The notes below the pieces were generated by a model. That model did no database searches. It saw only the letters and a list, made by a program, of their open reading frames with translations, and had not been told where the DNA came from. A stretch of DNA of 64,000 nt, from the NCBI GenBank assembly GCA_963721725.1, contig CAVRLX010000032.1:68380-132379 (forward strand). Direction: 5' to 3'. Shown here piece after piece: positions 10,976-20,702 of this stretch. The stretch is from an uncultured Chloroflexia bacterium. GTDB taxonomy: Bacteria > Chloroflexota > Anaerolineae > Caldilineales > Caldilineaceae. The first letter of the stretch is position 1, and each line of letters begins with the position of its first letter. The translations under genes were made by a program, and so were the position numbers.

Positions 10976-12091
10976 ATGTCCATGTCTGTGCCGCCCAAAC
11001 TGTTTACCCCCGGCCCTGTGGATGTCTTTGAAGAGACCCAGGCTGCCTTAGGCGCTCCCGTCCCGCACATGTCGCACCCGGCTTGGCAAGAGGTGTTGGC
11101 AGAAACCGTGGGCATGTTGAAAGAACTTTTTCAAACCAAAAATGACATTGTTTTACTCACCGCTGCCGGATCGGGGGCAATTGAGACGGCGTTGGCGAGC
11201 CTCTTTCAAGAGGGCGAGGCCGTGGTCGTGGTTCGCAATGGCATGTTTGCCGAGCGCATTGTGCAGATTCTCACGACATACCGCTGTGCGGTCATTTCGG
11301 TGGACGGGCCGTGGGGATCTGCGATTGAGGTGGAAAAAGTTGCTGACGCCTTGCGTGCCCATCCCAACGCGGCAGGGATCGCCGTGGTGGGCAACGAAAC
11401 CGGCACCGGCGTCTGCAATCCCATCCGCGAACTGGCCGAACTGGCCCATGATCACGATTTGCCCATCTTCGCCGATCTGGTCTCTGGCATGGGCGGCTAT
11501 GACATTCCCGTGGATGCTTGGGGATTGGACATGGTGGCGTCCTCGTCCAACAAGGCGCTGGAGATGGCCCCCGGCGTGGGCATTCTCTCGGTCAACGAGC
11601 GGGCCTGGGATCTCATCGACGCCAAGTCTGCCAGCGCCCATCGCGGCTGGTATCTTAACCTCTCCACTTGGAAAGCGGCCCGTCAGCGCGCCGCCTTCCC
11701 GTTCCCGTCCACACCGCCCACGCTGCTGATTGCTGGCCTGCATGCCAGCCTCAAGCGCATTATAGAGACAGAAACGTTGGCCGGCCATTGGGCGCGCTAC
11801 GCCGCCGCGCGGGATACTCTGCGCGGCCATCTGCGCGAACTGGGCTTCGAGATGCTCGCTGCCGATGCCGTCGCTTCGCCCACTGTCACCACCTTTTACA
11901 AACTTCCCAGCATGACCGACATTGAGGATCTGCGCGACTATTTGCTGGCCGAACATAACATCCTTATCGCCACCGGCGGCGGGCCGCTCCAGGGCCAGAT
12001 CGCGCGTGTCAGCCACATGGGCAAGGCCAGCACCCAGCCCTACCTTACAAGCTTCTTTGACGGCATCGAAGGCTATCTACGGCAGCTTTGA
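10976..12091 (+). CDS. class V PLP-dependent aminotransferase (serine-pyruvate/alanine-glyoxylate/AEP transaminase family)
   Basis: An intact 371-aa ORF. It has FTPGPV at the N-terminus, a probable PLP-lysine context SSSNKAL and AGSGAIETA. A GAAAGGA RBS precedes the ATG. Confidence 0.85.
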   Translation: MSMSVPPKLFTPGPVDVFEETQAALGAPVPHMSHPAWQEVLAETVGMLKELFQTKNDIVLLTAAGSGAIETALASLFQEGEAVVVVRNGMFAERIVQILTTYRCAVISVDGPWGSAIEVEKVADALRAHPNAAGIAVVGNETGTGVCNPIRELAELAHDHDLPIFADLVSGMGGYDIPVDAWGLDMVASSSNKALEMAPGVGILSVNERAWDLIDAKSASAHRGWYLNLSTWKAARQRAAFPFPSTPPTLLIAGLHASLKRIIETETLAGHWARYAAARDTLRGHLRELGFEMLAADAVASPTVTTFYKLPSMTDIEDLRDYLLAEHNILIATGGGPLQGQIARVSHMGKASTQPYLTSFFDGIEGYLRQL

Positions 12092-12092
12092 G

Positions 12093-12252
12093 AATTTAAC
12101 GCAAAGATGCAAAGGTGCAGAGATGCAAAGGGAAGAAAGCAAAAGGCAAAGTGCAAAAAGCAAAAGGGTTGAGTTGCACTTCTGGAATCTACGCAAATCT
12201 GCCAAATCTGCGTCATCTGCGTTCTATTCTCTCTGCGCCTTTGCGTTAAATT
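12093..12252. repeat. 160-bp MITE-like element bounded by perfect 14-bp terminal inverted repeats AATTTAACGCAAAG / CTTTGCGTTAAATT
   Basis: The left arm is 12093..12106 and the right arm is 12239..12252. The interior is made of GCAAAG/GCAGAG-type sub-repeats. It fills the gap between two convergent stop codons, and the right arm supplies the stop of the MFS gene at 12246. Related copies are at 18024..18150 and 19344..19458. Confidence 0.8.
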
Positions 12253-13598
12253 TGAGTCTGCCGAACGGCTAGGCTATCCGCCGTGCGCAGCGGGAAAAAG
12301 ACAAATGACACCGATCCAATAAAACAGAGCACACCGCCGGCGATTAACACGGGCATCAGCCCGAACTGATCGGCCAAGATCACACCGATCATGGGCATGA
12401 TAAAGGCCCCCAAGTTCATCAGCGTGGTATAAATGCCCATGTAGAGTGGGTGATTGTCTGCCGGGCAGACCTTCAACAGCATGGGGAAGTGGCTAAGGTT
12501 GATGCCCGCTGCCAAGAGTCCATTCAGCGCCGCCCCGCCCAGGATCAGTGCCGGGCTGAGCGTGACCCCCACCAATAGTGGGTAAAATCCGATCACTGCA
12601 ATCGTCAATTTAAGTACCCAGTTTTCCCCGTGGCGCTCAATCACACGCTGCCAGAGATAATAGCCCAGCACAGGTGTCAGGTTTGCCAACATGCCGTGCA
12701 GCCCCAGCCAACCCTCACTCGCCCCCAATTCGCGTACAAAATAGAGCACATAGAGCGGCGCCACCATCCACAGCCCTAGGCCATGCACAAAGGTGTTGAT
12801 CACCATGCGCACAAAATCAGGGTGGGTTTGCCATGCTGCTCGCAAGGCGATCCATCGAGCGTTCAGCGAAAGTGTAGGCGTTTTGGGCGACGGTGCAACG
12901 GCGACGGCGCGCAAGGGCAGATAGAGTTTAGCGATGTAATAAAGGCTGACCATCGAGGTGGCAAAGCCCACGGCATACATGATCTGGTAATTCAGCGGAA
13001 AAGGCGCATACTCCAGCCACTGGCCCGCCACAAAGATGCCCCCGGTAATCGCCACTGCGGATAGCCCGTTGCGCATGGCAAAGACTTTGGATCGCTTCAC
13101 CTCTGGGATGGCGGTTGCCATCATCGAGTTCCAGCCCACGCTGAAAAAGTGGGCGGGGATGGTAAAGGCAATGATCGTCCAGATCAACATACCATCTTTG
13201 GCAGGCAGAGGAAGCCAGGGCAGAAAGGCCACCACCAAAAAGCCAAAGCGATAGACAAAGAGACTGCGCAAAATCGGCGGCATCCACGCGGCCTGGCGGC
13301 TGAAATAGCGGCCCGCCGGAATCGTCACGAGAAAGGCAAGCAGGGCCGGCAGCGAACTAAGCAGCCCCACTTCAGTGTTGGAGGCCCCTAATCGTACCGC
13401 ATAAGCGGCGTTAAACGTAGCCGCTGCGCTGAGGAACGCTGCCCAGAAGACCTCGAACTCAAGCAAGCGTGCATTTTTCTCAGTGACCTCTAGCTGGGTT
13501 GTGGAAAACCAACCTAATCCCTGGCGGAGAGGCTGGAGCGGGCGGCGCAGCGCACCGGCAAATGCAGACTGGCGGGGGGGGATCGATGAAACGGCCAT
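12246..13598 (-). CDS. MFS transporter
   Basis: An ORF (483 aa in the track) with many TM segments. The likely start is the internal Met (MAVSSIPPRQ) at 13598. It contains AGRYFSRQAAW-type loop motifs. Confidence 0.8.
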   Translation of the reverse strand: MAVSSIPPRQSAFAGALRRPLQPLRQGLGWFSTTQLEVTEKNARLLEFEVFWAAFLSAAATFNAAYAVRLGASNTEVGLLSSLPALLAFLVTIPAGRYFSRQAAWMPPILRSLFVYRFGFLVVAFLPWLPLPAKDGMLIWTIIAFTIPAHFFSVGWNSMMATAIPEVKRSKVFAMRNGLSAVAITGGIFVAGQWLEYAPFPLNYQIMYAVGFATSMVSLYYIAKLYLPLRAVAVAPSPKTPTLSLNARWIALRAAWQTHPDFVRMVINTFVHGLGLWMVAPLYVLYFVRELGASEGWLGLHGMLANLTPVLGYYLWQRVIERHGENWVLKLTIAVIGFYPLLVGVTLSPALILGGAALNGLLAAGINLSHFPMLLKVCPADNHPLYMGIYTTLMNLGAFIMPMIGVILADQFGLMPVLIAGGVLCFIGSVSFVFFPLRTADSLAVRQTQI

Positions 13599-13921
13599 AA
13601 AAGAGTGATGTACTTTCTGTGAGCAATGATTGGAATCGTTTGTAAAATAAATCGAAGCGGACAATCCACAGAGGATGATCCGCTTCAGTCTGGTCAAGTT
13701 TTCTCAGTTTTCAGGGATGCCCGGCAGCGTCTGCCTGGGCTTTCTTCGCAAATAAAATGCCTTGCTACGCTTGAACCAATATTAGTATGATACTACATCG
13801 GCATTGGCGGGCAAGATTGCACAGGGTGATTTCAGGAGAGGAGAGCGGGGCGTTGGGGGAAAGTCACGTTTCGCCCAGCGTTCGTTGGGCAGTCGTATTC
13901 TGGCGGTCTGTGGGGGTGAAA

Positions 13922-13957
13922 CAGACCTGTCAGGTTTCAGAAAACCTGACAGGTCTG
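13922..13957. terminator. perfect 16-bp stem / 4-nt loop hairpin downstream of the FAD oxidase gene
   Basis: cagacctgtcaggttt-caga-aaacctgacaggtctg. On the minus strand only a short T run (TTT) follows, so terminator function is plausible but not certain. Confidence 0.45.
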
Positions 13958-13986
13958 GTGACGAATATTATGTGTGGGAATCAACG

Positions 13987-15357
13987 TTACCAAAACGGCG
14001 TGCGACCCTTCGCGTCGCGCAAAAACTCTCCCCGTTCCTCTTGCCGTCCCTCTCTCCGCCCCTCCGCCCCTCTGCGCCTCTGCGCTGACATCGTATGCCG
14101 TTCGCGGAAACGCCGCTCGCCGTCTGCCGGGTGAAAAACTTCCTGGATGTGCTGCTCGCGCAGATGATCGCGGCTGCGGTCGATGTGCGCTTTCACGCTG
14201 CCGTCGCGGTGGAAACGATCAAAGCGGAAGAGGTCGATGTCGTGGCGGGTGCGCCCATTGATGGCAAGATCGCCCATGATTTCGCCGACGACGCTGGCAA
14301 ATTTATAGCCGTGGCCGGTGAACCCCGCCGCAAACGAGACCTGTGGATAGTCCGGATGCAGGTCAATGATAAAGTGGCCGTCGGGCGAGTTGGTGAACAT
14401 GCAACTTTTCAACGACATGGTCGGGCCGGCGGCGTCGGGGAAATAGCGATCCGTGAACTCGCGCAACATACGCTCATCGGCGTCGTGGGAATCGTGATCA
14501 AGGCGGTCGGCGTCGTCGTGTTCGAGAAAGTGGTGATATTTGCCAATCTTGAAACCCGGCACGCCATAGACCGGGAAGCCATAATAGCGCCCTTCATTCA
14601 CCAGTAAATTAAAAACGGGGAAGCGATCTGGGCGGAAGAGTTCGGGCTTTTGTGGCTGAAACCAGCCCAAGACCTGACGCTCTGGCACGGCCAGCCCGCG
14701 CAAAATCGGCAACATGTGGTTGTTCCACGCTCCCGCTGTGATCACCAGCCGCTCGGCCTCATAGACGCCGCGGTTCGTGGTCACGCGCACGCCATAGGCG
14801 GTCGGCTCCCAACCCAGCACCTCCTCGCGTCCGTGGATCTCTGCGCCCAGAGCATGGGCTGCATTCGCATAGGCAACGGTGCAGCGTTCGGGCACAAGAA
14901 AACCGCCGCGTGGCTGGAGCAACGCCATGTGATCAAAAGGCAGCCGATAGCCGGGGAAGCGTTGCTCTAACTCCTTGCCCGTCAGCACCTCGTGGGGCAA
15001 TTCATGTTCCACACACGATTGAAACGATCCCTTAAAAACCCAGCTATCCGCCGGACCTGCGTCAATCGATCCGGTAATATGCAGCAGCGGTTCGGCGGCG
15101 GTGCGCTCGATCTCTTCCCAAAGCTGATAGGCGCGCTGCAAGAGCATCACATAGGACGGGTGCTCATAGTAGGCCAGGCGGATAATACGCGTGTAGCCGT
15201 GGGACGATCCCATGTCGTGGGGGATGTCGTACTGTTCCAGACCCAGCACACGCTTGCCGCGTTTGCTCAGATTATAGACCGTGGCGCTGCCCATGCCGCC
15301 CACGCCGATGACGATCACGTCGTAATGCCGTGGAATGCCGTTCATGTTAGATCCCAT
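13987..15357 (-). CDS. FAD-dependent monomeric sarcosine oxidase / N-methyltryptophan oxidase family protein
   Basis: It has the dinucleotide-binding N-terminus YDVIVIGVGGMGSATVYNLSKRG and HGYTRIIRLAY. The last ~70 codons (..SAQRRRGAEGRREGRQEE..) read through a repeat-like GC-rich tract and may not belong to the native protein. Confidence 0.85.
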   Translation of the reverse strand: MGSNMNGIPRHYDVIVIGVGGMGSATVYNLSKRGKRVLGLEQYDIPHDMGSSHGYTRIIRLAYYEHPSYVMLLQRAYQLWEEIERTAAEPLLHITGSIDAGPADSWVFKGSFQSCVEHELPHEVLTGKELEQRFPGYRLPFDHMALLQPRGGFLVPERCTVAYANAAHALGAEIHGREEVLGWEPTAYGVRVTTNRGVYEAERLVITAGAWNNHMLPILRGLAVPERQVLGWFQPQKPELFRPDRFPVFNLLVNEGRYYGFPVYGVPGFKIGKYHHFLEHDDADRLDHDSHDADERMLREFTDRYFPDAAGPTMSLKSCMFTNSPDGHFIIDLHPDYPQVSFAAGFTGHGYKFASVVGEIMGDLAINGRTRHDIDLFRFDRFHRDGSVKAHIDRSRDHLREQHIQEVFHPADGERRFRERHTMSAQRRRGAEGRREGRQEERGEFLRDAKGRTPFW

Positions 15358-16797
15358 AGATAGAATGTACGTGGCGCAGAGTATATAAATTCACGGTGAT
15401 TAGCAGCAGCACGGTAGGCCAGACAAGCAACCCTAAGCGCTCTCTCCAGGCGGTTGACAGAGATAGACCAAGCAACTCTTTGCCTGTTATGCCAACAACC
15501 ATAATGCCGTGAACAATAACTACCACGATTGCTACTGCTACATGCAAAAGATAGCGTCCTTGTGGCTGCGAGACACGCAGGTTAAGGTAGATCAACTGTG
15601 CTAGTGCAACGGTGATCAAGACCACCATGAGCAGTAAAATCCGGTTGCCGGGGATAGAGATGCGCCGCGCCAAAGAAATGGCAGTACCAAGCAAACCCAG
15701 GAACAAGAGCGCCAGATAGATCGGGTAGAAAAATTGGGGCATGTTTATGTGCATGAAGCCAAAGTTGCCCACAAACGAGATTCCCGTTGCACGCCAGAAG
15801 TTCTGCAAGCCAAAGTAATCGGAAAAGAGCGATTTGGGGGCCAGATCCCAAGCGAAAGCTTCGGGGTTGACCTTCCAGTGGTCGCCCAATAGCTCCGCAT
15901 AAAGCAGCCAATTGCGCACAAACCACCAACCGCTGATCAGCAAAAAGCCGCCACCCATCCACAGCCACGCCGTCAGAATTTGCCGTGGGCTGCGTCTGTC
16001 TGTGAATAACGGCAGCAGCCCTGCCACCGGGATCAACGAGGCCAGGGTCAACTTGGTCAGGATTCCCAGCCCCAGGAGTATGCCCAGTATTGCATAGTGG
16101 CGCGCCTGCGGGTGCTGCGGTGTGCATGATTTTGACCAAATAGAAGATGCAGATCGCACCTATGCTAAAGGCTAGTGCATCATTATTTACGCTGGCGTTG
16201 ATAAACGAGACTTGCGGCAGGAATGCGATTATCGCCGATGTCAGTACCGCGATCCCAATCCGGTTTCTCCATATTGCCAGGCTAGTTGCGTAAATTGCCA
16301 TGACCCCCAGCGCAGATATAAAGACAGAGTAGAATCGAAGCACCGATATATCATAGGGAAAGGTCGGATCAGGATTAAAAAATGTCCCATCATGGATGAA
16401 AAAAGTCTGTTCGACATCGGCCCCTTGATAGCGCCAATAAAAGCGAGGATTCGTGTGATCCGTCCAATCATTTATCTTCGTTGTGTAAAATCCCAGGCTG
16501 GCTGCTATTTTATAAATTCCAGAGCCGAGACTGTAATAGAGCGGCGGCTGGTGCGATTCATGATCCAGGATGTCCGCCCAACGTTTCCTGTTTTTGAACG
16601 GGGAGCCGATTTTCCTGGGCCACAAATTGCACATACGCTACATGATGAATCTCATCGGGCGTTTCCAATGGCGGGACGAACATGGCCCATAGCATTCCTA
16701 CGAGAATGTAACAAGGCACCAGAATCCATAGCGGCTGAAACAGGCGAGATGGGCTGAAAGTTAATATGGATACCTGCGAATCTCTTACCTCCCTCAT
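15347..16797 (-). CDS. PMT/ArnT-like (GT39/GT83-type, DUF2142-like) integral membrane glycosyltransferase; 2 frameshifts (about 16600 and about 16115)
   Basis: It reads MREVRDSQVSILTF...ETPDEIHHVAYV, then ...HESHQPPLYYSLG...FLPQVSFINASVNNDAL, then ...HYAILGILLGLGILTKLTLASL.... It is polytopic. GC is clearly lower than in the neighbours, about 42-52% on the lines I sampled. Confidence 0.6.
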
Positions 16798-16799
16798 TA

Positions 16800-18006
16800 T
16801 TATTTGTTTGGACCTTTCCCGCGGATACGCATCCCTGCCGGGTCGAAGAAAGGCGTCTGTGCCACCGTTGCCAGCACAGGACTGCCGCCGCTGTTGATGA
16901 CAAGCTTTGCCCCCGGCCAAGCATGCGCCACATCGACCAGACCCAGCGCCAGAATCTTGCCCACGCTGTGGCCGCGCGCTGGAGGTGATTCGCCCCACTT
17001 GCTGTGTGCCAGCCGAGAAGACATCTTCTTGTTGACCGGCGCGTTTGCCGCTGAGATACTTGGCGCGGAAGTTCTTCAGATCGGCCACGCTGTGGATAGC
17101 ATCCCCCGTGGCGGCGGCGCGATCTCCCTCCATAATCAGCCCCACCCAGCGCTGATCCAGCCCGCGCTCTTGCTGATCGAGCAGTGCCGCCCGCCCGATG
17201 AAGTCGCGTTTGTCAAAGCGAATCCAGCGATCCAGCCCCATGTGAAAAGGTGTCACCTCTTCGCTAATATCAGGGCCGTAGAGCGGAAAGGCTTTTTCAA
17301 TGCGCAGGCTTTGCATGGCGCGCACGCCATAGGGCAGCAGACCAAACTCCGCACCGCGCCGTTGCAGCGTCTCCCACACAAAAACGGCCTCCTCGGTGGG
17401 AACGTAAAGTTCGTAGCCCAGTTCGCCAGTATAGCCCGAGCGCGAGACCAGGAGTTCGCAGCCATCCAACTGAGCGCGCTGGAACCAAAAGAATTTGAGG
17501 CTGCTAAAATCGACTCCCTCCAGTGTGCTGCTCAGCAACTCGCGGCTGCGCGGACCTTGCACCGAGATCAGCGCAATTGCGCCGCTGACATCGTTGACAT
17601 AGGCGCTGGCTCCCTGCGCGTGATCGGCGATCCAGCGGAAGGTCTTTTTGCGCGGACCGGACGAGGTGACCACCATAAAGTGCTCTTCGCCAAATTTATA
17701 GACGGTGACATCGTCCACAATGCCGCCCTCTTCGTTGACGATACTGGTGTAGCGCACCTGACCGGGGAAGAGGTCGCGGATCTCGTTGACCACAAGATGG
17801 TTGATCAGCCGTTCCGCGCCGGGGCCTTTAATGTCCACCTCGCCCATGGTCGAGAGATCTTGCATGCCCACGTTGTTGCGCGTGTTGTTGTGCTCATCCT
17901 CTGCCGAGGTGTAGGACTGGGGAAACCAATAGTCACCCCCGCCTTTTGCCATGGCTGCACCCAGGCGGACGTGGAGATCATAGAGGGGGGTACGCCGGTC
18001 AGCCAT
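16800..18006 (-). CDS. aminomethyltransferase (GcvT) family folate-binding protein; 1 frameshift near 16990
   Basis: MADRRTPLYDLHVRLGAAM...MGEVDIKGPGAERLINHLV...SRSGYTGELGYELY... runs to ...QQVGRITSSAR. The C-terminus GHSVGKILALGLVDVAHAWPGAKLVINSGG...FFDPAGMRIRG is in ORF 16800..17024. Confidence 0.85.
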
Positions 18007-18023
18007 ACAAGACTCCTTCTCTT

Positions 18024-18150
18024 GTTTAACGCACAGAGGCAAAGGCGCAAAGAAGCCTGAGTTTACGCCTTATCCATGCCGCTGATCAATGAGTTCAATC
18101 AGAGGCATCATTCTTCTTTGCGACCTTTGCATTCTTTGCGGTGAAATTTC
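18024..18150. repeat. 127-bp MITE-like element of the same family as 12093..12252
   Basis: The forward arm gtttaacgcacagaggcaaaggcgcaaagaag is at 18024..18055. The reverse arm ttctttgcgacctttgcattctttgcggtgaaattt is at 18113..18150. Confidence 0.7.
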
Positions 18151-18166
18151 TAGGATTCTGCGGATT

Positions 18167-19306
18167 TTACTTCAGCCACTGATCGAACCAGTCGAACGCT
18201 TCGGCTTGCATTTCGACGTCGAACTTGTGCGGCCCCGGATAGAAGCTGGCCCGGTACTTGTCCGCAGCGCCAGCTTTGGCAAAGACTTCTTGCAAGATCT
18301 GATCGGCACGGTGCATCTCCGGCAACGTAAAAAGCTGATCCTCGTTGTCGTTAAGCACCAGCGTGGGCAGCGGTGCGCGCAGCCCCAAAATTTCCGAATA
18401 ATCGAGTTCATGGGGAAGCAACGGCACATAGCACATCCATGTGTGGGTATGCGCCTTGTGCAGCAGATAATCGCGCCACGTGGTCATCATGCCCACAGCT
18501 ACGGCGCAGCGAATGCGCTCGTCCATCCCGGCCAGAAAGACCGTGCGTAGCCCGCCGCCGGAAAGGCCGGCACAGCCCAGCCGCTTGGCGTCCACATCAG
18601 CGCGCGCCGCCAACACGTCCAGCGCCGCCTGATCATCGGCCAAAAAGACGCCCGGCCATGTGGTCCCCGCGCAGAAAAGCGACTTTGCCATGATGGATTC
18701 GTGGCCGCCCGCCCAGCGATTGTACGCCTCGATGTTGGCCTCGTCCTCCGGGTTCTCGTCGTTGAGACCGTAGCGGATCACATCGGGCACGTCGTCCAAT
18801 CGCACGCGACGGCTGGCAAAGGCAAAGGTATCGTGGACTAGCACGGCATAGCCCTGTTTTGCCAGTTCATTGGCCCAGGCTCGCCCGCCATAGTAGTGCT
18901 CCTGATGACTCACCATCATCGGGTGCAGGTCGTCTCCGGTGCGCGTGATCTTGCGTTTGCCAAAATATTTCTGCCCGCCGTGGCAATGGAGTCCCACGAC
19001 GCCGGGGAGTTTGCCCGTGCCCCCTTCGGGTTTGAGAAAAACGGCCTGGGTCGCCGGTCCATAGGGCAGTTGCCACGAGAGTTCTTCAATGTGCAGACCG
19101 TCATAGGTGTGCTGGCGATGGACGGTGACGCTGGGAACGCCGCCGGTGTCGGGGCGGGCCAGCCGCTCAGAGAGGCGTTGACGAGCCGCACTGCGCCACT
19201 CGTCCACATTGGTCCATTTTGCGTTGCGCAGCGAAAATTCGCCGGGCTGTTCGCCCAGCAGATCCGCAGCCCAGGGGCCATACGCGCCAATCATGTTCGG
19301 TTGCAT
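18167..19306 (-). CDS. alpha/beta hydrolase (acetyl-esterase / dienelactone-hydrolase-like)
   Basis: An intact ORF with the nucleophile elbow GCAGLSGGG. I prefer the ATG at 19306 (MQPNMIGAYG) because GGAGGA lies 6-7 nt upstream. The track start at 19327 is TTG. Confidence 0.8.
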   Translation of the reverse strand: MQPNMIGAYGPWAADLLGEQPGEFSLRNAKWTNVDEWRSAARQRLSERLARPDTGGVPSVTVHRQHTYDGLHIEELSWQLPYGPATQAVFLKPEGGTGKLPGVVGLHCHGGQKYFGKRKITRTGDDLHPMMVSHQEHYYGGRAWANELAKQGYAVLVHDTFAFASRRVRLDDVPDVIRYGLNDENPEDEANIEAYNRWAGGHESIMAKSLFCAGTTWPGVFLADDQAALDVLAARADVDAKRLGCAGLSGGGLRTVFLAGMDERIRCAVAVGMMTTWRDYLLHKAHTHTWMCYVPLLPHELDYSEILGLRAPLPTLVLNDNEDQLFTLPEMHRADQILQEVFAKAGAADKYRASFYPGPHKFDVEMQAEAFDWFDQWLK

Positions 19307-19343
19307 AATTTCCTCCATCACCGCCAAGAAGCCAAAAAACTAC

Positions 19344-19458
19344 AATTTAACGCAGAGGTGCAGAGAAGCAGAGCGTTCTTTGCGCCTCTGCACCTTTGCG
19401 TTAAATGGCTCTCTTCCGCATAAATTCTCTGCGTTGTTGGCTCTTGGCGGTGAATTTT
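19344..19458. repeat. MITE-like hairpin (21-bp arms) plus an extra reverse arm, same family as 12093..12252
   Basis: atttaacgcagaggtgcagag...ctctgcacctttgcgttaaat spans 19345..19405 with one mismatch between arms. A second reverse arm ...ttctctgcgttgttggctcttggcggtgaatttt ends at about 19458. Confidence 0.75.
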
Positions 19459-20348
19459 AGTGTGAATTGGATGGATAGATGAGATAGCCGGGAATGGTGA
19501 GCCGGATGCGATAGAGCGATGACGAAGCCGCGATGTAGAGATCGCGCAGATCGGGGCCGCCGAAAGTGCAGTTGCCAGGGATCTCACCGGTGGGGATGAA
19601 GCCGATCTGCTCCCCCGTGGGTGCGATGATGTAGATCCCCGCTTTTTCCCCTGCGCCTGCTGTGAGATAAATATTGCCTTCAATGTCCAACACCATGCCG
19701 TCGCCGCCATAGCCGTCGCCAAAATCGGCCAGTGTTGCCGCGCCGCTGCCATGTGCCATCGTCTTGGAGATCATAGGCCAGCAGCGTGCGCGCCCCGCCC
19801 GGCTCCGGGTTATGATCAACAATGTAGAGTGTGCCCTCGTCGGGCGTTAGGAGAATGCCGTTGGGCATCTCTATGTCGTCGATGATGCGGATCAGCGTGC
19901 CGTCGGGATCAAGACGATAGACGGCCATGCACTCCTGTTCCAGATCATGTTTGTACCCGTAGCGCGGATCGGTGAAATAGATGCGCCCTTCTTGGTCGAA
20001 AGCCAAGTCATTGGGCGCATTGAGCTTTTTGCCGTTATAGTACGCGGCCAGTACCGTGATGCTGCCGTTGGGTTCATAGCGGCGTACGGCGCGCGCCCCG
20101 CCATCCTTGCCATCACAGCAGACCACTAGCCGCCCTTGCGCATCAAAGTTCATGCCATTGGCGCGCTGGCTGGGGTCCTGCCAGACCTCGGTCTGCCCTG
20201 TAGCGGGGCGATAGACCAGAATGCGGTTGTTGGGGCAATCGGAGAAAAAGATATTGCCCGCGGCGTCGGCGGCTGGGCCTTCGGCAAAGGACGCGCCAGT
20301 GTAAAGGCGTTCGAGGGTGGCGTTGGCGGGGATAGGGTGGGGTGTCAT
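19457..20348 (-). CDS. SMP-30/gluconolactonase/LRE family protein; 1 frameshift near 19730
   Basis: It reads ...SFAEGPAADAAGNIFFSDCPNNRILVY...NAPNDLAFDQEGRIYFTDP...MPNGILLTPDEGTLYIVD, then continues in ORF 19457..19822 as ...GGDGMVLDIEGNIYLTAG...GNCTFGGPDLRDLYI. Confidence 0.85.
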
Positions 20349-20360
20349 GTCTTCTTCTTG

Positions 20361-20702
20361 CTATTTGTTGAAGTCTTGCAACATGGATTCAACTTGCCGC
20401 TTGAGTACCGGCAGATCTTTCTCAATTGTGTTCCACACTTCATCTTCGACAATGGAAAAGTAGGCGTGGATCAGGATATTCCGCATGGCAACAATCTGTG
20501 GCCAGGGCACTGTTGAATACGCTTCGGTTATCTCTTCCGAAAGGTGGGCTGCGGCTTCCCCAATCACTTGGATATGATAAATCGCCCAGACTCGAATCAG
20601 TTCGTTCTGATCAAAAGCATCACGCCCTGTTGCCGCATATCGCTGTACATGAGCAATGGCATCTAGAATGTCCCTAAGTCGATCGTAATCTCTGCGTGTC
20701 AT
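20361..20702 (-). CDS. hepT: HepT (DUF86, HEPN-domain) toxin of a HepT/MntA toxin-antitoxin pair
   Basis: MTRRDYDRLRDILDAI...IVAMRNILIHAYF contains the Rx4HxY HEPN motif (RNILIHAY). It overlaps the upstream gene by 4 bp (ATGA). GC is lower than in the flanks. Confidence 0.85.
   Translation of the reverse strand: MTRRDYDRLRDILDAIAHVQRYAATGRDAFDQNELIRVWAIYHIQVIGEAAAHLSEEITEAYSTVPWPQIVAMRNILIHAYFSIVEDEVWNTIEKDLPVLKRQVESMLQDFNK

Noticed and set aside
11922-12272. Small ORFs reading through the repeat elements (11922..12272 and 19209..19460, with peptides such as LTQRCKGAE).
   Set aside because: They are translations of the MITE-like palindromic repeats. Similar pseudo-peptides appear in both orientations, and I see no RBS or start-codon context.
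16804-18060. A 418-aa plus-strand ORF.
   Set aside because: It lies entirely antisense to the well-supported GcvT-family gene. The sequence is Ala/Arg/Gly-rich and low-complexity, with no recognisable motifs. This is a typical high-GC shadow ORF.
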